A stretch of DNA of 19,001 bases from Selaginella moellendorffii. Taxonomy: Eukaryota; Plantae; Lycopodiophyta. Positions 18,801 to 19,001 of this stretch are shown in pieces (within the stretch, counting starts at the first letter, position 1; each line of letters starts with the position of its first letter). Under the pieces are notes generated by a model, which did not search any database, had not been told where the DNA came from, and saw nothing but the letters and a program-made list of their open reading frames with translations. The position numbers and the translations under genes were made by a program. The stretch lies in contig NW_003314480.1 in NCBI RefSeq assembly GCF_000143415.4, positions 1-19,001 on the forward strand. The letters are read 5' to 3'.

Positions 18801-19001
18801 CACGTTATTTCCAGCTGCTAGCTTTTCATCTGTCAGCTCTAATTGTTGTGCATTTTTGAACAGGCAAGGAATTGCGTTCTTCTTCCAGCCACTGTCAATG
18901 TGGATGCAGAGAAGGGGGAGGAGCTCACCAGTTGGACTTTCGGGATGGAAGGCGAGGATCTGATGCTGTACAACACAGATGGTGGGAGAAAAGAATGCAT
19001 G
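15787..19001 (+). repeat. Direct repeat of 1-2604 (homologous part of copies A and B)
   Basis: Offset 15786 at the start (ORF 46..387 = 15832..16173). Copy B has a 36-bp tandem duplication near 16540-16612, 538 extra bp at 17396-17933 and ~36 extra bp near 18230-18300. Confidence 0.98.
18622..19001 (+). CDS. Start of the cargo gene in copy B (ATG exon 18622-18624, intron, exon from 18864; runs off the window)
   Basis: Homologous to 2225-2604; ATG|GTAAGT donor and GAACAG acceptor are conserved. Confidence 0.6.

Larger units (their letters stand above)
41..18808. repeat. Dispersed 22-bp palindrome family ATGGCRTGWGGCCWCAYGCCAT (~35 copies)
   Basis: Starts at 41, 139, 754, 826, 2253, 2330, 2390, 3450, 4946, 5087, 5275, 6314, 6389, 7466, 7758, 11889, 12205, 12294, 12701, 13648, 13705, 15551, 15621, 15657, 15827, 15925, ~16540, ~16576, ~16648, 17498, ~17576, 17736, ~17871, 18650, 18727, 18787; several are degenerate in one half. 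None seen in 7871-11665. Confidence 0.95.
11666..19001. mobile_element. Large DNA transposon, copy B (left ~7.3 kb; continues beyond the window), inserted into the Gypsy RT
   Basis: Starts with the TIR exactly where Gypsy RT similarity stops. Contains a DDD transposase gene and then repeats the sequence of copy A. Confidence 0.8.

Noticed and set aside
41-18808. CRISPR array made of the 22-bp palindromes
   Set aside because: Spacing is irregular (36 bp to >1.8 kb), copies lie in introns and exons, there are no cas genes, and the context is eukaryotic.

Overview
Eukaryotic (land-plant-like) repeat DNA. Clues are the TTTAGGG repeats, a tRNA-iMet-primed Ty3/Gypsy element and very short 44-63 bp GT-AG introns, which suggest a compact genome such as a lycophyte (inference only). 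Best reading: two direct-orientation copies of one ~12 kb DNA transposon. The right part of copy A is 1-7870 and the left part of copy B is 11666-19001, bounded by a 24-bp terminal inverted repeat (CTCTATTTCRTTAAAGYGGGA..). Between them lies a Gypsy fragment (LTR 8016-9163, PBS, gag-PR-RT) whose RT is cut exactly at the TIR of copy B. The transposon has two divergent genes separated by a region containing a 192-bp palindrome. (i) An open 873-aa DDD transposase (DUF7869/Sola-like) with two N-terminal En/Spm TnpA-like domains. (ii) A ~12-exon, ~1,480-codon gene, pseudogenised in copy A, that appears to join a ParB/Srx-like domain, a degenerate N4/N6 DNA-methyltransferase-like domain, an acidic linker and an FCP1/NIF-type HAD phosphatase. 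The transposon, but not the intervening Gypsy DNA, carries ~35 copies of a 22-bp palindrome (ATGGCRTGWGGCCWCAYGCCAT), placed in spacers, inside tiny introns and in-frame in disordered coding loops. The candidate new system is a ParB/parS-like protein-plus-site arrangement on a plant transposon. All domain calls are by eye from motifs; no searches were run.
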